The position numbers and the translations under genes were made by a program. The notes under the pieces are model-generated. The model saw only the letters and a list, made by a program, of their open reading frames with translations. It was not told the origin of the DNA and did not search any database. A DNA stretch of 60,210 bases, counting the filler, from Sphacelaria rigidula (lineage: Eukaryota): assembly GCA_964200075.2 (NCBI GenBank). It is 7 parts of 7 records of this genome, joined end to end, with 100 filler letters (N's around TTAATTAATTAA, not from the genome) between each part and the next. Parts side by side here need not be neighbours in the genome. Positions count along the whole stretch, not along the records: positions 17,233 to 25,748 come from CAXNAA020010912.1; positions 25,849 to 34,364 come from CAXNAA020010913.1; positions 34,465 to 42,980 come from CAXNAA020010914.1; 4 more parts are not named here. One strand, 5' to 3'. This document shows positions 25,104-38,731 of the stretch, one piece after another (within the stretch, counting starts at the first letter, position 1; every line of letters starts with the position of its first letter).

Positions 25104-25957
25104 TTGTGCTTTCTTTAGTTCCCGTAGGTCACCGGTACCCGCCGCAGAACGCTCCAGATAAAAACGCGTGGTCTTATAAGGCACTGGGAAACGATTGGAG
25201 ATGGATTCTCGTCCACCGGTGTACCAAGCCTTGCTATATGCCATGGATCACAGCGGTGTACAACTGTCTCATAGTAAAGTGTTTTTACAGCCAAGAGTAC
25301 GTCTTTGGTTTTGCATGACAGCAGATTAGAGCCTGACATAGATATACCCCCTTATACTATATGATATTTCATATACCTTAGTCATGTTTTTTCTGAGGGT
25401 ATATGATATAAAATACTTGTATTTTTCATTAATTTTCATCAGATACCCTATATGGAGCTTTTTCGGCAAAATATGACTAAAAGGGTGTATGATATGTAGT
25501 ACACGGTTCCCCTTCGGCCCTTCGGGAGGTTGGTACGGGCCTCCCGGGGGTGACGCAAGTCGAAAGTATAAAATATACTTCGTACGAGTATGCCTTTTCA
25601 GTGCGCTACAAAAGAAGGGGTGGGAAAAATGCCTTGCTGGCAGAGAAAACTCGGCAAAAGTGGTGAACATGTGAAATGATACATGTACATAATACACATG
25701 GGTTGAATGAAGGGAGAAAAAGCGCGCGAGTCATCGCTTTGTCCGCTTNNNNNNNNNNNNNNNNNNNNNNNNNNNNNNNNNNNNNNNNNNNNTTAATTAA
25801 TTAANNNNNNNNNNNNNNNNNNNNNNNNNNNNNNNNNNNNNNNNNNNNGCGTTTGAGGGGGTGCCGGGCCATGTGTCCGTGGGATTTGGGTGGTCGGTCA
25901 CTGGTGCCCCCCCCCCCCCTTCGTGTCATGCGGGCCTTCGCAAAATACCACCGACAG

Positions 25958-28900
25958 TTTGGCTGGACACGCGAGCCGGGGATGTTTTTCCTTCGGCAGG
26001 TAGCACTTGAGCAAGAAGGGGGCGGTGAGGCTTTTCTCCGTGACCAGCTGCGACGCCCGCCGCTGAGTCTTTTTCCTTGGGCTGCCTTTATCGATGATCG
26101 TTTGTCTGCATTCATGGCCGGCGACAGGCTGCCTCAGGTATATGGCGGTAAAATATGTGGCCACGAAAGGTGTTTGACCATATCCTTGGAAAAGAGTAGA
26201 CGCGTCACGCCCTTGTCTTTTTTTGTCTGATGCCACACCTTGTCCAAGGTCTAGTAGTCGACATCTGCCGAGCCATCTGGTGCTTCACAACGCATAGAAG
26301 TACGTTCTCGTGTGACTCCTACTAAACACTACGCCTCCTCACTCAGGCAGGTGCGTTCTACAGACTGAAGACTAAGGCGATAAACGCGTTGAATCTATCG
26401 AAGACGGCGAGGATGTACAACCCACTGACATTTCATGTATTCCTGACCCTAGCACAGAAAATGATCTTAATACGGAGCATCTGCGCATCAAACTAGTCGA
26501 ATGGACTTGATACACTCCAAACCAACGATTAATAAGAGGTATGACCGTTGTACTATTTCGATTATCTTGCGATTTACAGGGTTCAACTGTGTTCTACTTA
26601 CCCGACCTCTCCCTGTATATTTCGCTTTTCAACACAGGTAAACCCACTCGAGCGGATCCCTTTCTTCCACGAGTGTCGAGCGGCTGTGTCCGCGTTCATG
26701 AACACAACAGACATGGGGAGACTGCAGCAGGAAATCCGAGTGTTGGCCGACAATGCCGCAGCCCAGGGTGAGAGGTAGAAGGCGCTCAAAGGCGACAAAT
26801 GAGTTTTGTTGCAGAAACTTGATTTCGGCGGTTGATGGCGGTAAAAACGGAACAAATATTCATCTGTTTGTGCTGCCTTTCTAAGCAGGGTCATCTACCC
26901 CGACGCTAGTGGCTGACTACATACGGATGCCGAAGTATTGCCGCCTCTTCCCTCTCTTCGCCCCTCACATGCTCCATCTCCTTGAGTCAATGCTTTGAAA
27001 GCGAGTAAACGCAAACCGTGAGTTCGTCTCCAACCTGCGTGCGGGTGATAGCAATGGTTCGCCCAAGCACGAAGTCCCTTCGGTGTTGTAGAAAGTACAG
27101 CCGATGGTCTAACAGCTGCAACATGCACGAATCCCTCCCTTCCCGCGGTGGAGGCTTATTGTACGCGTTTGGTGGGGAGTCATTGTCCTCTCCTTCCCGA
27201 CTGGTGTATTGTCTATTTTGTGCGCCGAAAACGTCTTCTGTGCTGTTCGCTGAATGTGCAGGAAGTGCACACTCGAGGGCTCTGAAGGGGGGGCTTTTGT
27301 CAGCAGTGTTCCACGAGGCAAACCTAGTCAAGGTACGACATACGAGGTTGATGGCGGTTCGTGTGCGGGGTCTATTTCTTGAGTTCTATCCTCATGAAGA
27401 AGTACAGTTATGAGAACGATACATTAGTACCTCTCAAACAGAAATACCTGTCTTGACACCTGGGCATGGCAGGTAAAAATGATCACACGGACCGCAATCG
27501 CCATAGAACCCGTGCGTCTCAAACCGTTGGCGACTCTCGTCCCCTAAGGATAGCGCTTCCCGTACCTGAACAGTTCCCTTCGATGATTGCTTCATGGCGG
27601 TTTTATTTCATGCGAAAATCTCATCATCACCTCAATCGTAAACAATACAGGCGATGGTCAGCCACGAAGGAAGCAAGGAAGAGCGTCAGCTGTCGAGAGC
27701 GAGGGATCTTCTGGAAGCATGGCTTTTGGACGAGCCAACACCCCCATCCGATGCATCGCCCCTGACCTTCCTATCATCAGAGGAGCGAAGGCTATTCGCT
27801 TCCGTTATCGGTGTAAACAGCACAAAATTAGGTGCTCTATGTTTACGCTCTAGTGCATTTATTTAAGCTGCACGCGTGTCCATTAGTAAACGTCCAACGC
27901 GGATGTTCTTTGTTCATCGAAATCTAGCAACCTCAATTCTTACACAGACACTTCGACGTCTTGACGAATGTCTCTCTTGTCTCGCTTACCATCGATTGAA
28001 TCGTTGAAACAACAAAATGACTTCTGAACCAGCTGCAACTGGTGACAGAGACGCAAGGGAGGCCCGTACCGCTCGAGAATTGCTTTATATAACACCACAG
28101 AGCTCTTTGGACGGTGTGCTTTGGGCGAGGCTTCTGGTGCATGTAGCCGCAGCGGCTATGTCAGCGGATCCAATAGGTCCGATGGCCATGTTTTGGGATA
28201 TCATCGCCCGTCCTGAGCGTTTGCGTCAAGGTGCGTGCACGGTTTGCGCGATTTTTTTTATTGAGCCTGGAAGGGTATTTGAACTTGACGAGCGACATCA
28301 TATCGATTATTGAAATATCCGTTTTTCAATGGTAGCGTCATCCGCCCGAAATCCGGGTCAGGGTCGGCGGTTGTACTCGTCGCGGTTTCGGAAGCCTTCA
28401 TTTTGTGTGAATTCACAGCACTTCTTTGCTTGTCCAAACTGTCGTCTCCCGATTACGTGTTCTAACTTCATGTACGTGCCACTCCCGACCGGTCGCCGGA
28501 CGTTTCAGCTTTCCTGCCAACCATGGACTCAGGGGTGACCCCTGAAAAGGTGGGTTCCGCATTCGTACTGAGTACTCGATACCGTGGCTTCACTCTTCGG
28601 CACGGTCGAGTGGGTTCGTACCGTGTATTACGCCCATGAAGAACCTTACCCACAAGGCACCTTTGAGGACATAAATTAGACGCGGAGATCTTGTCGAATC
28701 CTAAAAACATCGAATTGAACATGGAGCCATATCGCTTCGGATGGACATGGCCAGCGCGATCACCACGACGACGGAAACGCACTGAGCCTTATTCATTTCC
28801 GAGTACATGGTGCTGGAACCTGTCGCCACGAACGTGCGACACGACTTGGATGGATGTTATTGTCTGAGTGCTCTTTGCTACACCACCGCAGATGTCCGCG

Positions 28901-31900
28901 ATGGGAGCACAGCATTCCTTCACCTACCACCAATGTGGATGCGGGTACATCTACGCCATCAATAACTGCGGAAGACCGGTGGAAGCAAAAGTGAGATGTC
29001 CCTGAACACTCCCATTTAGTAGTACAAACCTCACGTGAAGCGTGACGAGTGTACGATTAGATGAGACCTTGGGGTTTCGTCGAGCCATTATATGGAATGT
29101 TGGTGCGATCTGGACTTCTTCACGAAATTCAAGGGAGGCGCTGAAAACACTATTTTAGTCTAGGGCTGGGTCTGGAATTGCGACATAGCGCTGGAAAAAA
29201 TACCCAAGAGTCCCCATTCTCGGAAAGCATATCCTCTCCGTCCACAGAAAAATTTAGTGTGTGCGCGATGAGAGTGATTGGAGACCGACACCGTGCTTAA
29301 CTAGTGAACTGTGCAGATGTGTAGCTGCCGCACCGTAGAATCTGCATTTGCTGCGCGTCAAGGTTATATTATGCTGAAATTTCTAAGCACTTCTGCACCG
29401 CCGTGTTAGAAGGAACTGGGAGTGCACAATGAAGGTATCAAGGTGCTGTAATAGTAGCTTGTCTCCGTGCCCGTGTTCATCGCTGTTGTTGGGTTTGGAC
29501 TTCACCAGGTGTGCCCTGAGAAAGGCTGCGGGCGTGTTTTAGGTGGAACGAACTATGAGGCGGCCCAGCCTAATTCTACCAATGTAAATCTTCCAGAGGC
29601 CAGGGGCTACTGTCTCGACACGTTAGACGAGGTAATGCGGGAATATGCACAAGGTTAGATTATCTTGTTCCAAGGTCCAGCCGTTTTGTACCTACGGAAG
29701 ACTGACAGTAGTGTTCATGATATGTTTCTCGACAATCACAGTTCGACGACCAACAAAAATGGGAACGTGTCCATGTCGTGTCGATGCTATTGCAGGCTTT
29801 CTTGCGTTAATATTGGCCGTAGTTCGAAACTCTCAGCAAGACAGTCTCGGTGCAACGGTGTACAGCAATGTGATCGCGGGGCGCATCATCATGTTGTTTG
29901 TATTCACCATGATCAAACAAAGGATGTAGATAGATATGGTTGGAGAGCGATTGAAGAGTGTATTGAAGCGGATATGACTGTGAAAATCCGGGATGTGCTA
30001 GTTGCCGAGTCGGTTGATCTTTGAGTGCGTCGTGTGACGTACGATTGACTCTGCTTCTGGATGAAGAGCCCAAACGTCAGAAACATAGATTGCAGTCGTC
30101 GGTAGGGGAGTTGGCATGGGTGACGACTGACTGCTGTACCTTGAAGATTCATATTCTTTAATGATTTGGGTGATGACAGAGGTGTGTTTCCGTGTAGTGT
30201 GCGCTTTCGACGAAGTGTTCCCTTGGGCCATTGTGCTCCCCTGTCAGTAGGCAACATCGTAGAGTTGAAACTAGCGAAGCCATTTCATGAGGGGTTTGGG
30301 TTCAACACCGGTGGCAGCCTTGAGATGCTACAGTCCTCGTTGAGCCAGGCATGCTAGTGAGTGATGTGTTATGATTCGGCGAGTGTGCATGAATTTCATA
30401 TTTTCATCCCACATCTGATAAGATTGAGCTGTGAGACGAGCGGACATGTTTAAAACAAGCACATGCAGGGATCAAGGTCGCGTTTGATTCATTCCTAGCG
30501 ACATCGCCGGGCAACCGACGTCCTTGGTCGGAGACCTAGGTCACCTTATGACAACGGCCCATCAGCCAAACGAATTGGCGAAAACTCAACGCCGTTTCAG
30601 GCGAGAGTAAACGAGTGGCGGGTATCAATTTTATTACATTTCTTCTTATACGCAAGATGTGGATACGAGTTGCCTCACTAACGTTACCTCGGGCCGGCGC
30701 TCCATCTGCCAAACGCCCTTTACCTGAATCGTGGCGACCAGAATCGTGATGTTGTCCTCATTGAAAAAACCTCGTCACCTGCCTTCGACCCGACCACTGC
30801 CAGCACGGAGTTCGCACGGCAGCCACACGCGACATGTCGGCCGAGCAGGTAGCCACAACGCGCCTCGTCATGCACCTCGCTGGTATTGCTGCGGCGGCTG
30901 CCGACGGTGCCGCGTGGGCCTCTAAAGCCCGTCAAATGCTCAACACGGGACACGTTAATGAGAGATCTGGGGGGGCAGGAGTGATCGAGATATTCTTGCG
31001 TGGAGCACAAGGCGATGCTGACGCACTTCGGCGTTTTACTGGCAGGAACAATGAGCAGATGTTTATCGGGGTGCACTTGTCGTTACTCGGCGAGGGGGCG
31101 CCCAGCGCCAGTCGTGATCATGGTGTCACTAGGTCGAGGTGAGATACCTCCATCAGGCATATTCTTGGATCGGATGGTAAACAACTGTCTGAACGGGGGT
31201 GGCAGGACTCCCCATCGTCCTTCCACGCCCTCTTTTTCCTCCCCTACTATTTGCTGCCCCCCACGTACTCCTCCCCTGAGGTGGTGTGTTGTTATGTGTT
31301 ATGCCTAGTATATTCGTACTCATGGCTATATCTCTAGAGGTGAAAAGATAGAGCCTGCGATTCTTATCGCCATGGTTGGTGACCTTGATACCTGAGTTTG
31401 GCTCCATTTCTTTTCGGCCTCGCGTGTTGAGTGGACCATGGGGCCCTGCCTCCAGTGGCCCGAATGGTCGCCTACGGCACCGAAATGTTTGAGGTCAGCA
31501 TTATTTTCCTCTTTTGTTTGCTTTTGTTTGCTTGGCTTGTTTTTGTAGTGCGTCTGTGTGAACTTTTTTCTGTGTCGGATTTCAGTTTTCTTATTTCCTG
31601 AGATCGCTTTTTGGGTAGTTAGCCTGTGACCACGGAGGGCGTCCGCATCAGTTACCCAGTACAGAGTACTGTGCAGATATTTGAACGTGTTTGACACGAA
31701 TGCAGCAACGACAACATCAACAACAGCAGCACAATACAGTACCAATAGCAATGAGTGCCTTAATGCTATAGCATGAGAGTGCTTCACGCAAGTGACGTTT
31801 GCTTGTGGCGAATACGATGTTCGTCAGACCCGGCCGGTTCGTCTGCCTGACCATCTAGAGAGTGGACGTGACCGATGCAGAGGCGACAACGCTGACACAA

Positions 31901-33983
31901 TGAATTTTGCCGGTGGCAAAGTGTAAGAATCTATTGGGAGAGGGTGCGATGGCATGGCAAAACGTTAGTGGAGAACATACTGGTACGCGACATTTCGTTC
32001 CTTCCTTTTATGTCCCCTCATTTTGTCATTTCCGTAGATCCACCGCGGTGGAGCACCTGCAACAAGAAGAAGGGCGCACTGCTTGGGAAACCGTGTTTTG
32101 CACTGAGCATCTTTCAGTCGTTTCGGGCGACCCAGAGGAAGTTAACCGAAGGCTAGCAACTGCGGCAGACGAGCTTCGACGAGGCGGTGAGGGAAATGCC
32201 TTCGCCATGGAACTGCTAAGCTCGGGAGGAGTTCAAACGGTGGTAAGTGCTGACATCAAATGCCGACTACGGCGAGGGCAGCCGCCAACGCTGTATTTCA
32301 AACGTGTAAACGCCGCTAGTGTGGGAACGGCCAACGTTTTGAACAAGCGTGTTAGCAGCACTGGTTCAACTTGTACCCGAGAGAGTGAGAGGGTTCCTTC
32401 ACCTGCACATGTTGTGTGAGCAAGCCTCTCGGCATGTGTGTGCAACTTGGTACGTCAAATGTCGGTTGAGGACGAAGTATCAATGGGCGGGACCTTTCAG
32501 GATATCCAAGAAATACTTGTCTGTTCAGCGAACACGGCCAACGGTATTCATAGGCGCAGCAGTGATGTGGTGGTCCAAGAGAGTTGATGCTTCGAGATGC
32601 TATTTGGGGTCACGCGGGGGTTCATCGATGGCGATACCCACTCCTGCATGTTCTCAGTTGCTCGACCATGGATGGAGAAAGTCGAAAAACCCGAAACTGT
32701 GCAAGACAACGGTCATAAGCTTTCCCTCGAGACTTTGCATGTTGAATATGTGTGGTCGTGGAACGCACGAATTGTGCGGACTCTTCATTTCCATGTGCCT
32801 CTCGCATGTATTTGATTAGATTGCTCACAAACTCCTCGCATTTCTTCCCAACCTTGTGCATATTTTACGAATTTACTCAGCAACCGGGGCATTGAAAAGC
32901 GACTTTCCCTGTGTATCTGTGTCACTGACCATACTCCAACATGGCACGTTTCGACGTGTTATACCTTGAACAGCACAAATATATACTTCGGAGTATATGC
33001 ATATGTTGAAACGTACCGCAGTGTGTACGGAAGTGTGAAGAAAAATTGCGGGGTACGGGGTGGAATTAATAGCTCAGTAATATCACGTGAAAACCTGTCC
33101 GTATATCAGATGAGCCGTGTCCCGAAGTTGCATCAGCCACGCAAATTCTTGCGTTTACAGACGCGCATGCCATACACACTTCGTACCTTTCTCGTAGGCG
33201 AGTGGCACAAATCACGCATGTAATTGAAAATTCCATGATGAGAACACGTGAAGGAGGGACCAAGAGTGTTTGCACAAACAAGCATTCATTTTTCGGCTCT
33301 CTAGTTCGAAGCTACAAGTAATCGCATCGTTCCGAGTCTCAACATACTGATACCAACTGGCACTAAGAATCAAACTTGGATTTTGGAAGTATTGCAACTT
33401 CGCAAGATCTCAGAAATTTGGAATAGAAGGTTGATTCTCTGCGTCACCTGGCATCAGAGTACGTCGGGGTGCGGGGCCGTGAGCTCACCAATAGTCATGG
33501 ACGATAGATAAAAGATTATCAAGCGTACGAGTGCTTGCGCATGCCGTCGGCTGTTGTTGTCAATTGTTTCAGAAGGGTATCGTCGTTGCTAATTTCTCCC
33601 GCAGATACCGTTAACAAGTGGACACTACACTACCACGAACAGGTATGCGATGAACATCGCGAGGCGGCCTCAAGACTACGATAATCGTTTGTTTGGACGA
33701 ATACTCGACCCCGTTCGCCTCGTCGCACGTGTCGATGCGGTATGTGCACTACCTTTTACAGGAATTTGCGAGCACGGGGAATTCAACAGCCAGCCCGCAA
33801 GCGAGATTGTGGGACGTCCGGCACTCTATTTCTCTGGAAGGGTTAAAGGAAGGTTTCACGGCTGCAGGTACTTGGAAGACAGGGGACGGCAACCGAGCGT
33901 GGCCACTGCTGGAGACAGTTTTCGACGACGGTCGTCGCCCCTTGCTTCTTGCGCTTGCTCGCTTCCCGGCTGCGCTGCAGTGG
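25958..33983 (+). CDS. RNF213-like E3 ubiquitin ligase, internal fragment spanning the E3 region with RZ finger; partial at both ends
   Basis: Phase-compatible exons 25958-26137, 26638-26767, 27262-27332, 27651-27831, 28033-28230, 28509-28549 (AFLPTM), 28892-28990 (YHQCGCGYIYAINNCGRP), 29509-29631 (CPEKGCGRVLGGTNY..RGYCL), 30804-31138 (RDMSAEQVATTRLVMHLA..GDADALRRFTGRN..VHL), 32038-32242 (GRTAWETVF) and 33762-33983 (LWDVRHSIS..WPLL..LARFP). This is the same motif order as around the RNF213 RZ finger. Confidence 0.82.
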
Positions 33984-34464
33984 GTACGTTTTTTTGTCTG
34001 TTGTGAAAATAATCACCGACTGGGTGCCTGATGTGTGACAAGACGGCAGTCGAGAGTCATACTTGTCTTCTTCAACCCGATCTGGATTCATATTGGTTTC
34101 ACTCCTTTTCTAGTATTACAGTATGGCTTGCTTGCGCAGCATTACGCCGTGAATACATCACCTTTCATTTCTCGACAAGGAAAAAGACAACACACTTCAA
34201 CAGGGAATCCTGAAACATGGGAATGGACGTTTTTCGTTGGAACGAGACCCGTTTGGAGGTACTCGAAGAAGTCAGGCGAAAAGGTACTTAATCCCCCCAA
34301 AGAGAACGCACCTCCACCACCGACCCACCCACTCGAACCCCCTACACCAACCCAACAAATGCGANNNNNNNNNNNNNNNNNNNNNNNNNNNNNNNNNNNN
34401 NNNNNNNNTTAATTAATTAANNNNNNNNNNNNNNNNNNNNNNNNNNNNNNNNNNNNNNNNNNNN

Positions 34465-34535
34465 GGGAATCGAACCCCCCAACTCAACCATCAGAAGGTT
34501 ACGAGGTTACCAACTGAGCCACCGGGGCGACCGGC
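34465..34535 (-). mobile_element. tRNA-derived SINE-like element (truncated at contig start)
   Basis: TCAGAAGGTTACGAGGTTACCAACTGAGCCACCGGGGCGACC is nearly identical to 25059-25100. Confidence 0.75.
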
Positions 34536-35364
34536 TTGCAACGGTATATTTGAGGTGCAGGGTCTGAATACCTCCATCGACCTGTCCACGCTTTGTGCCG
34601 ATAAAAGCTGGGCACGCGTCAAGCATTACTCCTCTGCTTTTCGGATATTAGTTCAATATTTTCTCAGTGGTGACCAGTCTTCCGCCAAAAGAAAAGATAA
34701 AAATCGGAACAAAATCCGACATCTTTTCGCCCTAATACGCACGCACACACTGCGTAACCCCAGATTCAGCAAGATGAGGTTGCTGTCTGTTGTCTACATG
34801 GTATGTGGTGGTCGAAGTTTCAGCGCGTTAAAGCACTAACGACGCTTGCACGGCCGTGCCTCCTGAAGTGAGCATATCTACAGGCGATACCAAGATGGGT
34901 ACCGTGTAGGATGACATCATCCAGAGTGTGCCCAATACGGATCGATGTTTGTTGGCCGGGGCAGCAGCCACCCAGCAGGTCATGATGTGGGAGTGACCGC
35001 ATCTGCGTGTCAATATATGCATCCACTGACGTATCACGCAGTCTGGGCGGCGAAGACGCCGTTTTGAAGCTATATCGACGGTATTGCCCAATTTCTGCGT
35101 TTGTTGGGGTGCGTCTTACGCACCCCCCAACACGTACCGCCAAACCGGGAATATGCCATGTTGTAGCTTACCTCTGTGCCAAATTTCAGACCAGTTTCTC
35201 CAGACACGGCGGAGAAATCCACAAGCAAAGTAACGCTCGACTTGTACTGAAAATACAGTTCTAAACCGTCGAAAGATACATGAGGTGCGTATGATTGTTG
35301 TATGCGGACATCTTGGCATTTGAGATGCTTGTTTTTGCGCGAGACTGTGACTTCCCCTCTGTCC

Positions 35365-35885
35365 CCTTGAGGGTTGGCGTCGGTTGGCGATGACGCTGTA
35401 AAACACGCCCATCACTGCGTAAGCCGGGCAACCAGGTTACCGTTCTTTCCTTCGCCAGCGTATTTTTTTGCGGTAACCATGATAGTGGTCGACCTATTTT
35501 AGATCATATTGTGCAGGATGCAGAGCCCGAACTCCGCACAAAGGAGGCCGTACTACGCAGTGTGTGAACAGTGAGACACACATGAGGCAGTGTGTACCCC
35601 GTAGCTATCTCTGGAAGTGGCGATACTAGAAAATGAAGCGCCTCATGGTAGGCCGCCGTCTATATTCAAGATTATCAGTACGCTTCGGGCCGAACGACCT
35701 TAGCAGGATACAGCTCATCCTTCATGCTACTCGCCGAACACATCACGGCGCTTGGTGCTTGGTGATTCCGAGCATGGTCCGGCGAAAACCCGGCGTGCTC
35801 CGTCCCGGCTTTGTGGAGATGCAAGGATAATGGTCTGGTGACTACGGAATGCAAGATCATGAGTACACCCTTCCCCCCCCCCTCC
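35365..35885 (+). mobile_element. Repeat family B, longest copy (~500 bp), ending in a C-rich tract just upstream of the DUF3598-like start
   Basis: The 5' half matches 44790-45125 (-). The 3' half matches 10625-10940, 12045-12270 and 8355-8516. Confidence 0.85.
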
Positions 35886-35949
35886 CCCCTGCGCGCGCAT
35901 CTACATCCTCCCTCCCCTGCGCTTATCGGTAGTACCATCTCTTGGTACC

Positions 35950-38693
35950 ATGCACTCAGCCATTGCCCTGCTGTACGTCGGAGCCGCTACGACCGCAGTG
36001 GTTGTGACCGGCCTGCGAACAACAACAGCATATCCTACTACGGGTACGAGCTTTCAGTGTCAGCATTGCTGTCGACCGTCACCCCGCGCGCACGCTCGAC
36101 CTCGAGACAGCTCTGTCTTCAACAGCAGATCCGCTGAAAGTAGTCATCACCGGTCGAGAGGATGCAACGTGTGGGGAGTTGGGGTGGTGGGGTGTAGTAG
36201 TAAGGGAAGACGTTTTTCTTCGCGCCGGCGAGCGGCCGCGGCGGGTAATGATGATGATGAAAAAAAGGACAATCAGGATTGGGTGAGTTCGCGAGCGAGG
36301 TGACTTGGTGGACGTAGTCAGATTTTGAAAAGTAGTGGCTGCTATGAACAGTTCGTGCCTGGCGTTTGACGTCACTGGAAACTGTACCGGTGTTCAACTT
36401 TTTTGAGATCACCGTGCGGTTGTGAGGATTTGAAGCATTGTATGTATGGAGTTACTCGTGGATTGTGCAGCAGAGATGAGTTTCTTTGGTGAGTACAAAC
36501 TTGGTTCCACCGAAGACGTTTTCCGTGTTGGTTGACGAGTGTGGCGATGCATAGTGATGGAGAGGGTGTGACTTGCAGTTTTCGTGTGGGCAAGACCACC
36601 ATGGGTCGGTTGAATCTCGCGTATCTTTTTTCCGCGGTTACAGCACTCCCCTGTTGATGTTCCCGGGCAGCGTGCAATACACGAACGCCCTTGCTTGCAA
36701 TGGGTGCTTTACCGTTCTCTATTCAGGGGGGGGATGACTATTCAAAATACGGATACCAGCCGGACTACGAGATGCAAGACGAAAACTCCTTTTCCGACCA
36801 AGCGACGCTGGACGAGTGGCGACTTCAGAGGTTCGTGCGCTATTTTTTCTTGTGAGGAAACACAGTGTATTTCCGTGTCGATACGTGAGGGGGAAATGGC
36901 GCCGGACGAGATGGCAGGCTCAAGCTAGCTGTGCACAAAACAAATGGCTTTTCCTTGTAAATCTTTTCCTCCACAAGCGATGTATCAAAATAGACGTGCG
37001 CTTGCTTGCTATGTTTGTATGCCAAGCAACCGGAGACTGTCAACTCGTCCGTCCTGAGGAAGGGGGTGCTCTTTTGAGTACGATCAACTGATTTTGCTCT
37101 CGTCTCTCCCCGAGATGCTCATGGGTGTTTTTGGAAGCGAGAGTGGTGCGGTATGAAACACTGACACCTTCAGCAGTCAGATTGCCTGACGTCTGTCCAA
37201 TAATTAAGCCGCACGACAATAGTGTTTTCGGTGTCTACAGTCAGAATATTCTCTTGTGTACAGCGTCCTGTCGGATGGTGCCATCAACGCGTTCCCTCCC
37301 CTGCGCTCCAGGTTGCTCACGAACGACCGGTGGCAGTTCGGCATGTACGGGAAGCAAGCGGCTGGTGATTGGATCGGTGAGGCACTGTCATGTGGGCATC
37401 CTCTTGTTTCTTGTGTAGGTAGTCTTGTCACATCTTACCCGCCGTGCATTTCGCTCTGAGGTACGCTCTGGAGCAGAACGAGAGAAACAAAAAAGTGGTG
37501 TGTGTTGCGTGTTGCTCTTGCTCGAAGGATCGGAGCGCTGCCACTTTTCGGGTGCGTTTGTCAACTTCGTTGCGCAGACCAACTGCACATGGTGTTCAGG
37601 TACATGCTGCCCTCAACCGTCCGAGTATGTGATGACGTCTCATACAATCGCTGTTACTTTTCGTTCGAACCGCTAAGGGGCACGCAGATGTTCCCACACC
37701 TGTCACGCGTAGCGTAGCATGAACCAGGGCTTTTCGGCATGTTACGCGCCCTCAAACGGAGTTGTTTCGCGTGTTGGTGCGCCTGTATGCTGTTGCCTGA
37801 CATGGCAGGCAGTTGGCAAGAGTACGTTGCGACGGATCTAGACGTTGGAGGGGACCTTGACGACGACGAAAGCAGCGGCGGCGCACCGATGATTGGTCTG
37901 TTGCCGGGGAGAAAGTTCGTCGCGAATACCCGAGTCACGAGAAGGTACGCAGGGTCACGTTTCACTCAGGGGTCGAAAGAGTCCGTCGTGCTTTGTCGTG
38001 AGCCGCGGTGTCGCGCGGCGATAAGGCTTAGTTTGCGGTGAGTACTGCTTGTTTGCTGGGGCGGTGAAGTGGGACCGGTGCATGTATTGACGTCGGTCAA
38101 TGTCAATACATAGCCATGTTTGGCAGACATTGAACACCAGTGGCGATATATTGCCACGTACGCTATGGTCATTATACCCGTAGAAATGTACATTCCTCCA
38201 TGTGCTGTTGCGTTGAGAGCTGGTGCCCACAGGGGGAGCAACAGCGTACGCCGAGCAGGAAAGAGCACTTTTCTTCTCGCAAAGCATCTGTGACCGCACA
38301 CTTAGATATCAGCCGATGGCACGGGGCGGAACGACTTTTTTTTTTCTTTACATTTTTGCCGCGATTGTTTTCGGCAAAATGAAAAATTGCGCGCGTACAG
38401 CGTTGCCCTTAGATGCCACTAATGAGCTCGAGTTTAAAGAGAAATGAAGCCGAAATGCGTATTTGTGTCTGAAGCGTGTACCGCTCACCCGTAGGCAGGT
38501 GCTGCTTTGGCTCGGGCTTGTGTCCCCGTCTGGCGAACACGTTTCTACCGCATCAATACATGCATTTGTTTTGCTGAAGTATTGAATATATGTCGTACTG
38601 ATAAAATCGACCGGTGCACAGCCCTATCTTGCCACGGCATCAATACATCACAACGTCTTGCTAAAGCATTGGTGTATTGACTCCGCCAATCTT

Positions 38694-38731
<38 letters not shown>

